Source: Iocasia fonsfrigidae (GTDB lineage: Bacteria > Bacillota > Halanaerobiia > Halanaerobiales > DTU029). Taken from it: DNA of 32,000 nucleotides. The first letter of the stretch is position 1. Each line of letters starts with the position of its first letter. The position numbers were made by a program, and so were the translations under genes. The stretch is from positions 444,137 to 476,136 of the forward strand of contig NZ_CP046640.1 of NCBI RefSeq assembly GCF_017751145.1. Reading direction: 5' to 3'. The notes beneath the pieces were generated by a model. It was not told where the DNA came from. It made no database searches and saw only the letters and a list, made by a program, of their open reading frames with translations. Positions 10,030 to 17,142 of this stretch are shown here, piece after piece.

Positions 10030-10626
10030 ATGAAGGAATATTTAAAAAAGATAAGGGATTTAAAATTACCTACATCTGAAGAAGAACAAGCCTTATGGTT
10101 TAGATATAAAAATGAGAATGAGCAGGAGGCCCGCCAGGAGTTGATTAGCTATTACCAGCCTCTGGTCTTTAAACTTGTCCAGCAGTTTAAGGCTGATCGG
10201 GGAGTATTTATGGACCTGATCCAGGAGGGCAATCTAGGGTTGATAGATGCTGTTGATTCCTATAGACCAGGATTTAATACCAGGTTTTCTACCTTTGCTG
10301 TTTATCATATCAGGGGTAGAATTATTGATTACCTTAATAAAGGTAGTAGGGCCAGAAAATTCCCTGTTATGGGAGATATCCTTCCTGAGAAACTGGAGGA
10401 AACTGTAGAAAGGTCAATACTGGCTGACAGGGTTAAAGAGCTTGTCAAAGGCTTACCCTCTAAGGAAAGACAGGTTATTAACAAGCGTTTCCTGGATAGT
10501 AAAAAGGCAGAACTGGCTGCTGCAGAAATGGGAATAAGCCTGTCTTACCTTTACCGCCTACAGAAAAAAGCCGTTAGAAGGCTTCGGGGTAAACTAGCTA
10601 CTTTTATTCATCAGTGGAATAAGTAA
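10030..10626 (+). CDS. Short sigma-70 family RNA polymerase sigma factor (region 2 plus region 4)
   Basis: DLIQEGNLGLIDAVDSYRPGFNTRFSTFAVYHIRGRIIDYL (region 2) and LVKGLPSKERQVINKRFLDSKKAELAAAEMGISLSYLYRLQKKAVRRLR (region 4). RBS AAAAGGAGATAGAG precedes the ATG. Confidence 0.92.
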   Translation: MKEYLKKIRDLKLPTSEEEQALWFRYKNENEQEARQELISYYQPLVFKLVQQFKADRGVFMDLIQEGNLGLIDAVDSYRPGFNTRFSTFAVYHIRGRIIDYLNKGSRARKFPVMGDILPEKLEETVERSILADRVKELVKGLPSKERQVINKRFLDSKKAELAAAEMGISLSYLYRLQKKAVRRLRGKLATFIHQWNK

Positions 10627-10828
10627 ACATTGTACAGCAAACAGAAGTAAAACAGTACAAACTTGGTGTGTATTGCATATAATTACAGCTAAACAACTTA
10701 AATGGCTGTTTTTATAAAAATGTGAGCAGTCAAAAATATAAGGCTTAGAAGGATATTAATAGTAGAAGATAGGAGATTAGCTAAATTGAGTAATTATTAA
10801 AGGGGTGGGTTTAGGAGTGCTTGGGATT

Positions 10829-11197
10829 ATGAGACATATTTCTTATGCCCGTGATTGGCTGTGCCGTGCAGAAAAAAAGATTGAGTCTGGTGATCTGGTA
10901 GAAGGTGAGTTTTTTCTTTCCCTTGCCGAAGCAGAGACACGTAAGGCCTGGGAAAGGAGTTATTCTTCTCGAAATAGGTGGCCGTCCAGAAAATTTCCAC
11001 TGGCTCTTACTTTTAGTCTGTTCTTAATGGCTGCGATTGCTTTTGTTTTCTTTTTTAGAGGTGATCCCCAGCTGGAGCCGGTAGAATTAAAGCTGACCGA
11101 AGGGTATCAACAGAGTGTTCGACTGACAGACAGGGGTAATATACGTTTAATCAGTGTTGATCTATCTGTTAATAATAATTTGAATAGGGGGAAGTAA
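10829..11197 (+). CDS. Small single-TM protein of unknown function
   Basis: ORF 10805-11197. It has a cytoplasmic-looking N-terminus (YARDWLCRAEKKIESGDLVEGEFFLSLAEAETRKAWE) and a TM (FPLALTFSLFLMAAIAFVFFF). It ends 1 nt before the bamA ORF. The start codon is uncertain (GTG 10817-region or ATG 10829). Confidence 0.65.
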   Translation: MRHISYARDWLCRAEKKIESGDLVEGEFFLSLAEAETRKAWERSYSSRNRWPSRKFPLALTFSLFLMAAIAFVFFFRGDPQLEPVELKLTEGYQQSVRLTDRGNIRLISVDLSVNNNLNRGK

Positions 11198-11198
11198 T

Positions 11199-12908
11199 GT
11201 GAAGCATTTCTTGGTACTTATTATATTATGTAATCTTATATTATTTTCAGGTGTTACTATGGCAGAGAATGAGCTATTAGAGCAGAACCTTCAATTTATT
11301 ACAGCGATTGCCTTCGAAGGGAATGAAAGGGTCTCCGATGAGGAGATTAGATCCTTAATCAGTACTGAAGCTGGTGAATTGCTTGATGAAGAAAAAATAA
11401 AGAATGATATGCAGAAGCTCTATGATACTGGATATTTTCAGGATGTAAAGGTATCTTTTGAAGTCTATAATGCTGGCTTAAAGGCTATTTTTGAACTGTC
11501 TGAATACCCGCTTGTAGAAGATATTATTATTAAAGGTAATGAATCATATAGTGATCAGGAATTAATGAAGGAAATAAAACTGGTCAAAGGTGAGATATTA
11601 AACCATAATGCTATACTTGAAAGTAGAAAAGCTATTGAACGATTATATCAGGAGGCTGGTTATGTCCTGGCGGTTTTAAAAGATATTGACATAGATGATA
11701 ATGGTGTAGTTAGCTTTGAAATTAATGAGGGTTATTTAAATGAACTAATCATAGAGGGTAATGAAAAAACAAAGGATTTTGTTATCCGCCGTGAATTTGA
11801 TTTTAAAAAAGGTGATGTAATTAATATTAAAGAACTCCAGGAGTCCTTTCGTCAACTGGTCAGATTAAATTACTTTGAAGATATAAATCCTAAACTAGAA
11901 AGGGTAGATTTTGAGAAAAATACTGCTAATGTAATTCTGGAGGTAACTGAGGGTCGAACAGGCCGCTTTAATTTTGGTGTTTCTTATAGTACAGCAGAGG
12001 GAAAAGGCTGGGGTGGTTTTATTACAGTTCAGGAAAGAAACCTTTTTGGTAACGGCCAGACCCTTGGTTTTGACTGGGAATTTGGCAGCACAACAAATTA
12101 TGAGATTAACTTTTACGAACCATGGGTTTTGGGAACACCGACTTCTTTTGGAATAGGGGTTTATGATAAATCATATAGTTCTGAGGATTCTGTTAAAGGG
12201 GATTATGATGTTGATAAATCAGGGGGGAGTATTTCCCTGGGACATCCCCTGACAGAGGAATGGAATGGTAGAATTAAATTTAAGGTTGAAAAATCAAAGC
12301 TTGATTGGGAAGATAAGGAATATACAAAAGATGGTAAGACTTATGAAAATGACCCTGAAGATATTGATCTGCGTAGTATTACTCTACAGACCAGTAGAGA
12401 TACCACCAATCATCCCTTTAATCCTACTGGTGGTGGTATAGATGTTCTATCATTAGAATATGCCGGTCACTTCCTTGGTGGGGATGCCGATTTTGTTAAA
12501 TACAGGACTGATTTCAGGAGATTTTACAATGGTTTTAAAGGTAACCAGGCCTGGGCACTCCGCTTACAGACAGGTTTTAGTGATGGGGATCTGCCAGAGC
12601 TTGAAAAATATAGATTAGGTGGGTCAGAGACAATACGTGGTTATGATAAAGGTTCTTTTACTGGTGATGATATGCTTTTGGTAAATCTGGAGTATAGAAT
12701 ACCAATTACTGAGAATTTTACTGGTGTGCTCTTTGCTGATGGTGGTAATACCTGGGATTCTTACCGGGATATACAGCTTGATGACCTACACTATTCGACT
12801 GGTTTGGGAATTAGAATGGATACATTCTTAGGCCAGATTAGATTAGACTATGGTTTCAATGAAGATGGTGAAGGACAACCTCATTTCAGTATTGGTAATA
12901 CATTTTAG
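11199..12908 (+). CDS. bamA: BamA/Omp85 family outer membrane assembly protein with about 3 POTRA domains
   Basis: POTRA-like repeats (ITAIAFEGNERVSDEEIRSLI...; VEDIIIKGNESYSDQELMKEI...; LNELIIEGNEKTKDFVIRREF...), barrel motif LGGSETIRGYDKG and terminal residues HFSIGNTF ending in Phe. Confidence 0.93.
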   Translation: MKHFLVLIILCNLILFSGVTMAENELLEQNLQFITAIAFEGNERVSDEEIRSLISTEAGELLDEEKIKNDMQKLYDTGYFQDVKVSFEVYNAGLKAIFELSEYPLVEDIIIKGNESYSDQELMKEIKLVKGEILNHNAILESRKAIERLYQEAGYVLAVLKDIDIDDNGVVSFEINEGYLNELIIEGNEKTKDFVIRREFDFKKGDVINIKELQESFRQLVRLNYFEDINPKLERVDFEKNTANVILEVTEGRTGRFNFGVSYSTAEGKGWGGFITVQERNLFGNGQTLGFDWEFGSTTNYEINFYEPWVLGTPTSFGIGVYDKSYSSEDSVKGDYDVDKSGGSISLGHPLTEEWNGRIKFKVEKSKLDWEDKEYTKDGKTYENDPEDIDLRSITLQTSRDTTNHPFNPTGGGIDVLSLEYAGHFLGGDADFVKYRTDFRRFYNGFKGNQAWALRLQTGFSDGDLPELEKYRLGGSETIRGYDKGSFTGDDMLLVNLEYRIPITENFTGVLFADGGNTWDSYRDIQLDDLHYSTGLGIRMDTFLGQIRLDYGFNEDGEGQPHFSIGNTF

Positions 12909-12929
12909 TAAAAGAGGAAGGGGAATAAG

Positions 12930-13454
12930 ATGCAAAATTACAGGCCTAAATTTGCAGTAGTAATTGGATTAATATTAATAATTACTGGATTTCTGGTTTT
13001 GGTTTATCCACAAACTAATATAGCGGCAGGGGATGATGCTAAAGGCAGGATTGCCTATGTTGACCTCTGGACTGTTTTTAATGTTCATCCAGGTAAGGCT
13101 TCTGCCGAGGAGGAACTCAATATGCTTGCCCAGGATATGCAGGCTGAATTAGAGGAGAAAGCCAGTGACCTGCCAGAGGCTCAGCAGCAGGAAATGTTGC
13201 AGGAATACCAGACTAAATTGAGTCAGCAGGAGCAGGAATTAATCGAGGGTATTATTGATCAAATCAAAGCAGCTATAGTAGATGTAGCTGAGGAGAAAGA
13301 AGTTAAGTTAGTGGTTGATAAACAGAGTATTTTCTATGGTGGTTATGATTTGACCCAGGATGTCATAGATTATATTAATAAACAGCAGGGGTCATTACAG
13401 GAACCACTTGATGCAACAGAAGAAGAATTATCAGATGAATTAACTGGGGATTAA
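12930..13454 (+). CDS. OmpH/Skp-like periplasmic chaperone
   Basis: N-terminal hydrophobic segment, IAYVDLWTVFNVHPGKASAEEELN, helical coiled coil, and the VVDKQSIFYGGYDLTQDVIDYIN C-terminal motif typical of OmpH proteins. Confidence 0.83.
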   Translation: MQNYRPKFAVVIGLILIITGFLVLVYPQTNIAAGDDAKGRIAYVDLWTVFNVHPGKASAEEELNMLAQDMQAELEEKASDLPEAQQQEMLQEYQTKLSQQEQELIEGIIDQIKAAIVDVAEEKEVKLVVDKQSIFYGGYDLTQDVIDYINKQQGSLQEPLDATEEELSDELTGD

Positions 13455-13469
13455 AAAAGGAGGCAGGAG

Positions 13470-14432
13470 ATGTTGAAGGGAATATTCAGAATTTTGACAG
13501 TTGTGGCAGTTATACTTGGAATTGCTGGACTGGGTCTGTTTTATCTTGTTTCATCAGGGACGGCATCTCCTGAAAGTGTGAATATCAGGACAGTGCTGGA
13601 TAATTATTTAACAGATAATCCTGCTGGGCAACTGAGTGAGGAGATAAGCCTTAAGAGAGAAAACCTCCGCAATCAGCTGGCAAGGTTAAGAAATCAGGAA
13701 AAGCTCTTAAATAATAAAAAGGCTGCTCTGGAGCTAATTGTTGAAGAAGAACTGGCAGAAATCAGAGGAAAATATGAAGAAGAAATTCTTGATTTTAAAA
13801 AAGAACTGGAAGTTTCTTTTGAGAATTTTAGAGAAGAAAAAAGGCAGGAATATCAGGAAAAAATACTGGTTAAGAAGGAATCTTATGAGCAAAGACTTGA
13901 TGAATTAATCGAAGGATATAAGGATAAAAAAAGGCAGGAACTAGCAGATTATCAGCAGCAGCTACTTGATAATTACCATAAGGAAACTTTAAATTACCGT
14001 CTTAAACTCCTGGCTCTGGAGCTTAGTGAGGAAGAAGAGAGGGCTTATAAGGATAAAATAACTGGCCTGGAGCAGAGTCAGGAGGAAGCGGTCAAGGCTA
14101 AAGAAGATCAAATGAATGAGAGTCTTCAGGAAGAAACCAGCCGCTTAAGACAGGAATTTGACGAGGACTTCCTTGAGCTGCAGGAGAAAATGGAACAGGA
14201 GATGAAGCGTGAGATAAACAGTAAACTGCTTTCTAATGAGCAGGCATTGGAGGGTTTTATTGCTGAACAGGAAGTGCTGCTAAATGAGGAAATGGTACAA
14301 AGGCGTAGGGAATTAAGTGAACGAAGCAAAGAAGAGATTGTATTACTGGAGAATTTAGTCAGGGAGATAAGGAATGATTATCTTACCCTCCAGTCACAAA
14401 TTGCTAAACTGGAGAAGGAAGTGATTAAATAG
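13470..14432 (+). CDS. Membrane-anchored long coiled-coil protein, possibly a divergent OmpH relative
   Basis: N-terminal TM (ILTVVAVILGIAGLGLFYLV), then NIRTVLDNYLTDNPAGQLSEEI and about 270 aa of charged heptad-rich helix. It is flanked by two OmpH-like genes. Confidence 0.65.
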   Translation: MLKGIFRILTVVAVILGIAGLGLFYLVSSGTASPESVNIRTVLDNYLTDNPAGQLSEEISLKRENLRNQLARLRNQEKLLNNKKAALELIVEEELAEIRGKYEEEILDFKKELEVSFENFREEKRQEYQEKILVKKESYEQRLDELIEGYKDKKRQELADYQQQLLDNYHKETLNYRLKLLALELSEEEERAYKDKITGLEQSQEEAVKAKEDQMNESLQEETSRLRQEFDEDFLELQEKMEQEMKREINSKLLSNEQALEGFIAEQEVLLNEEMVQRRRELSERSKEEIVLLENLVREIRNDYLTLQSQIAKLEKEVIK

Positions 14433-14876
14433 ATGTTAAAAAAGATTATTTTGTTAGGTATCAGTATATCGTTTGTCTTACTGGCTGGTTGTACCTCGCG
14501 CTCACCTGAGATTGCGGTACTGGATATAGAAGAAGTACTGGCCAGAAGTAGAAGAGCTCAGGAATTGCAGGAGGAACTGCTTAATATAGGTAATACCCTG
14601 GAAGAAGAATACAGTCAGCAAGAGGATGAAGAAGAAGACCAGAACCATCTAGAACGGGTTTATCAGGAATACCTTAGTAATAAACAGAGATTAGAGAACA
14701 GTTTTAATGAAGAAGTAAAAGTGGTTATTGAGGAAATAAGAAAGGATAAAAATATAGACACAGTTTTATATAAAGACAGTGTTTATTATGGTGGTCTCGA
14801 TATTACTGAAAAGCTGGTTGAAATGCTTGATAGCAAATATGATGAGGAAGAAGGTAGTGATAATGACAGAGAATGA
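14433..14876 (+). CDS. OmpH/Skp-like lipoprotein
   Basis: Lipobox-like VLLAGC near the N-terminus, IAVLDIEEVLARSRRAQELQEELLNIGNTLEEEYS, and the DTVLYKDSVYYGGLDITEKLVEML C-terminal motif. Confidence 0.8.
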   Translation: MLKKIILLGISISFVLLAGCTSRSPEIAVLDIEEVLARSRRAQELQEELLNIGNTLEEEYSQQEDEEEDQNHLERVYQEYLSNKQRLENSFNEEVKVVIEEIRKDKNIDTVLYKDSVYYGGLDITEKLVEMLDSKYDEEEGSDNDRE

Positions 14877-15903
14877 GGGTCTTAGTATTACTGAACTAGC
14901 CCGGCGGGTTAATGGTAAAGTGCTGGGTGACCCGGCCTATCTTATATATGGTGTTTCCGGGGTTAGTGAGAGTACAGCTGAGACTATTACTTTTGCCGAA
15001 ACAGAGCAATACCTCTCCGAGGCTTTAAAGTCAAAAGCCGGGGCTGTAATTGTGCCTGATGGTTTTACAGCTAAAGGGAAGAATATGATTGTAGTTAAAA
15101 AACCGCGTCTGGCTTTTGCCAGAATAGCTGCTGTTTTTGCCCCGAATGTTTTTTATAGGCCGGGGATAGACCCGACATCGACAATTGCTGATTCGGTTGT
15201 AATTGGAGAAAATGTCTCTATCCATCCCTATGTAGTGATTGATGAGGGGGCTGAAATAGCTGACCATGTAATCCTGGCCCCTGGTGTTTATATTGGTGCC
15301 GGGGTAAAGGTGGGAGAGAGTAGTATACTTCACCCTGGAGTTGTAGTCGAATATGACACAGTAATCGGCAAAAAGGTTATGATCCATAGTGGAACAGTGA
15401 TTGGTTCAGATGGCTATGGTTTTGTGACTGACCAGGACGGCCACCATAAAATACCCCAGCTGGGGAAGGTAATTATTGAAGATGATGTAGAGATAGGGGC
15501 CAATGTGACTATTGACCGGGGGACAAGCGGTCCTACTGTTATCGGCAGAGGGACCAAGACAGATAATCTTATCCAATTAGCTCATAATGTTCAAATTGGT
15601 GAAGAAAACCTACTGGTGGCTCAGGTGGGTATCGCTGGTAGTAGTAAGACTGGAAGAAGGGTTACACTTGGCGGCAAAACCGGTGTTGTAGGTCACCTGG
15701 AGATAGGGGATAATACTACTGTTGCTTCTGCTAGTGTAATAACTAAAGACACCCCATCAGGTGTTTTTTATTCGGGCAGCCCAGCCCAGGATCATAAAAA
15801 GGAATTACGTGAACAGGCTGCCAGGCGAAAAATGCCTCAGCTTTTAAAGAGGATAAGTAAGTTGGAGAAGAGGATAGGAGAATTAGAAAAGAAACTTAAT
15901 TAA
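14863..15903 (+). CDS. lpxD: UDP-3-O-(3-hydroxymyristoyl)glucosamine N-acyltransferase LpxD
   Basis: Hexapeptide-repeat acyltransferase with an LpxD N-terminal domain, ISGDGYGFV-type motif (VIGSDGYGFVTDQDGHHKIPQLGKVIIEDDVEIGANVTIDRG) and LAHNVQIGEENLLVAQVGIAGSSKTGRRVTLGG. The ATG at 14863 overlaps the previous gene. Confidence 0.95.
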   Translation: MTENEGLSITELARRVNGKVLGDPAYLIYGVSGVSESTAETITFAETEQYLSEALKSKAGAVIVPDGFTAKGKNMIVVKKPRLAFARIAAVFAPNVFYRPGIDPTSTIADSVVIGENVSIHPYVVIDEGAEIADHVILAPGVYIGAGVKVGESSILHPGVVVEYDTVIGKKVMIHSGTVIGSDGYGFVTDQDGHHKIPQLGKVIIEDDVEIGANVTIDRGTSGPTVIGRGTKTDNLIQLAHNVQIGEENLLVAQVGIAGSSKTGRRVTLGGKTGVVGHLEIGDNTTVASASVITKDTPSGVFYSGSPAQDHKKELREQAARRKMPQLLKRISKLEKRIGELEKKLN

Positions 15904-15933
15904 TAAACTTTTTGTTAAATTTATAAATGCCCA

Positions 15934-16139
15934 GCCTATTTTGTCATATATTCATTCACTAAAAAAGCTAATTTCACCACAGGTACTCCGTAAGGTTGCC
16001 ATCTCCTCCTTAAGCCAATTAGCAACAAAATAAACTCACTTCACTACGTTGCGTTCAAACAGGATTTTGTTAATCGCTAATTGGCTTAAGTGCGGGGATG
16101 GAGCTTTTTCAAGTTCATTCATATATGCTAAAATAGGCA
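15934..16139. repeat. Long nested imperfect palindrome (intergenic)
   Basis: Outer arms GCCTATTTTGTCATATATTCATTC (from 15934) and the inverse of CATTCATATATGCTAAAATAGGC (to 16139). Inner perfect arms CTTAAGCCAATTAGC (16009-16023) and GCTAATTGGCTTAAG (16076-16090), extended by AACAAAAT/ATTTTGTT. Confidence 0.8.
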
Positions 16140-16209
16140 TGTTTTGTTTAATTTAGCGATTATAAATATTCCAGTATTACTTAAATATACCAATAAAGGG
16201 GAAATAGAT

Positions 16210-16818
16210 GTGAGAAGATATGTAGTAGGATTTCTTTTTTTAGTAGTATTAGTGAATGTAGCTGGGAGTGTTATGGCTGTGGACAGGCTTTTGGAGATGC
16301 CGACAGCGGGGTTGATTCATGGTGATGTATTAGTTCGCGGAGAGATAATTCCGGGTTCGCACAGGAATATTGAGGGAGTTTTTGCTCTGGCTGACAGGGT
16401 TCAGTTGGGTGTTGTTGGTAATTATCTGGATAAGGATGATGAGCTGGAGACTGCTGGTAGTCTAAAGCTTCTGTTATTTGATGAGAAGGATGGTTTTCCT
16501 TCAGTTAGTATAGGGGCTAGAGAGAAAGATTTTTATTTTGTAATGAGCAAAAATCTTGGTCATGATATTAGGGCACACCTGGGGATAGGCAACGGGGAAT
16601 TTGATGGTTTGTTTCTTGGTTTTAATAAACTGATCAACCCGGTGGCTGTCCAGACTTCTTCTTCAACAGGTGTCCCCCTTCCCATTAATCTGATGGCGGA
16701 ATATGCTAATCGACAGGTTAATCTTGGTGTCAGGGTTTATTTCCGTGAAGCGATAGCTGTTGATGCCGGGTTAATGGATTTTGAGAAGGTAAAATTAGGG
16801 ATGAATTATAGTTTTTAA
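16210..16818 (+). CDS. Small putative outer membrane beta-barrel protein
   Basis: GTG start with GGGGAAATAGAT upstream, signal peptide VRRYVVGFLFLVVLVNVAGSVMA, alternating-residue mature protein ending FEKVKLGMNYSF (C-terminal aromatic signature). Confidence 0.65.
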   Translation: MRRYVVGFLFLVVLVNVAGSVMAVDRLLEMPTAGLIHGDVLVRGEIIPGSHRNIEGVFALADRVQLGVVGNYLDKDDELETAGSLKLLLFDEKDGFPSVSIGAREKDFYFVMSKNLGHDIRAHLGIGNGEFDGLFLGFNKLINPVAVQTSSSTGVPLPINLMAEYANRQVNLGVRVYFREAIAVDAGLMDFEKVKLGMNYSF

Positions 16819-16830
16819 AATATACGGTAA

Positions 16831-16862
16831 GAAAAGTCCTCAGTAATGGGGACTTTTTCTTG
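16831..16862 (+). terminator. Probable intrinsic terminator
   Basis: GAAAAGTCCTCAGTAATGGGGACTTTTTCTT hairpin with a T-rich end. Confidence 0.6.
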
Positions 16863-16884
16863 TAAAAATATAATTATAAAGATC

Positions 16885-17008
16885 GACAAATATATTTACT
16901 TCCCTTGTCGTGCGCTGCGGTGTCCTACCTCCACTTACTGTCGAGAAATTCTCCTTCGGCGTCCTGCCTACGGATAATTTCTAGAGTCGTACAGCAAATA
17001 TATTTGTC
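16885..17008. repeat. ~124-bp palindromic dispersed intergenic repeat, copy 1
   Basis: GACAAATATATTTACTTCCCTTGTCGTGCGCTGCGGTGTCCTACCTCCACTTACTGTCGAGAAATT...AATTTCTAGAGTCGTACAGCAAATATATTTGTC. Near-identical to the copies at 24447 and 26597. Confidence 0.93.
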
Positions 17009-17142
17009 TGAGTTAAGATAGAATAGTAATAATTTTTATTTTGATAAAACTCAATTCATTTACCATATATTGCATAGCACTGGGCGTTTACAGGTGCTTG
17101 TGGCTGATGGTATAATATTTGTTAGATAGGGGTGACAGATAT

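Noticed and set aside
11974-12156. Plus-strand 60 aa ORF inside bamA
   Set aside because: Alternate frame within a well supported Omp85 barrel gene.
14779-14862. Upstream extension of lpxD (29 extra residues)
   Set aside because: The extension overlaps the preceding lipoprotein gene out of frame. The ATG at 14863 matches the expected LpxD N-terminus.
15031-15387. Minus-strand ORF opposite lpxD
   Set aside because: Antisense of hexapeptide repeats, no RBS or domain evidence.
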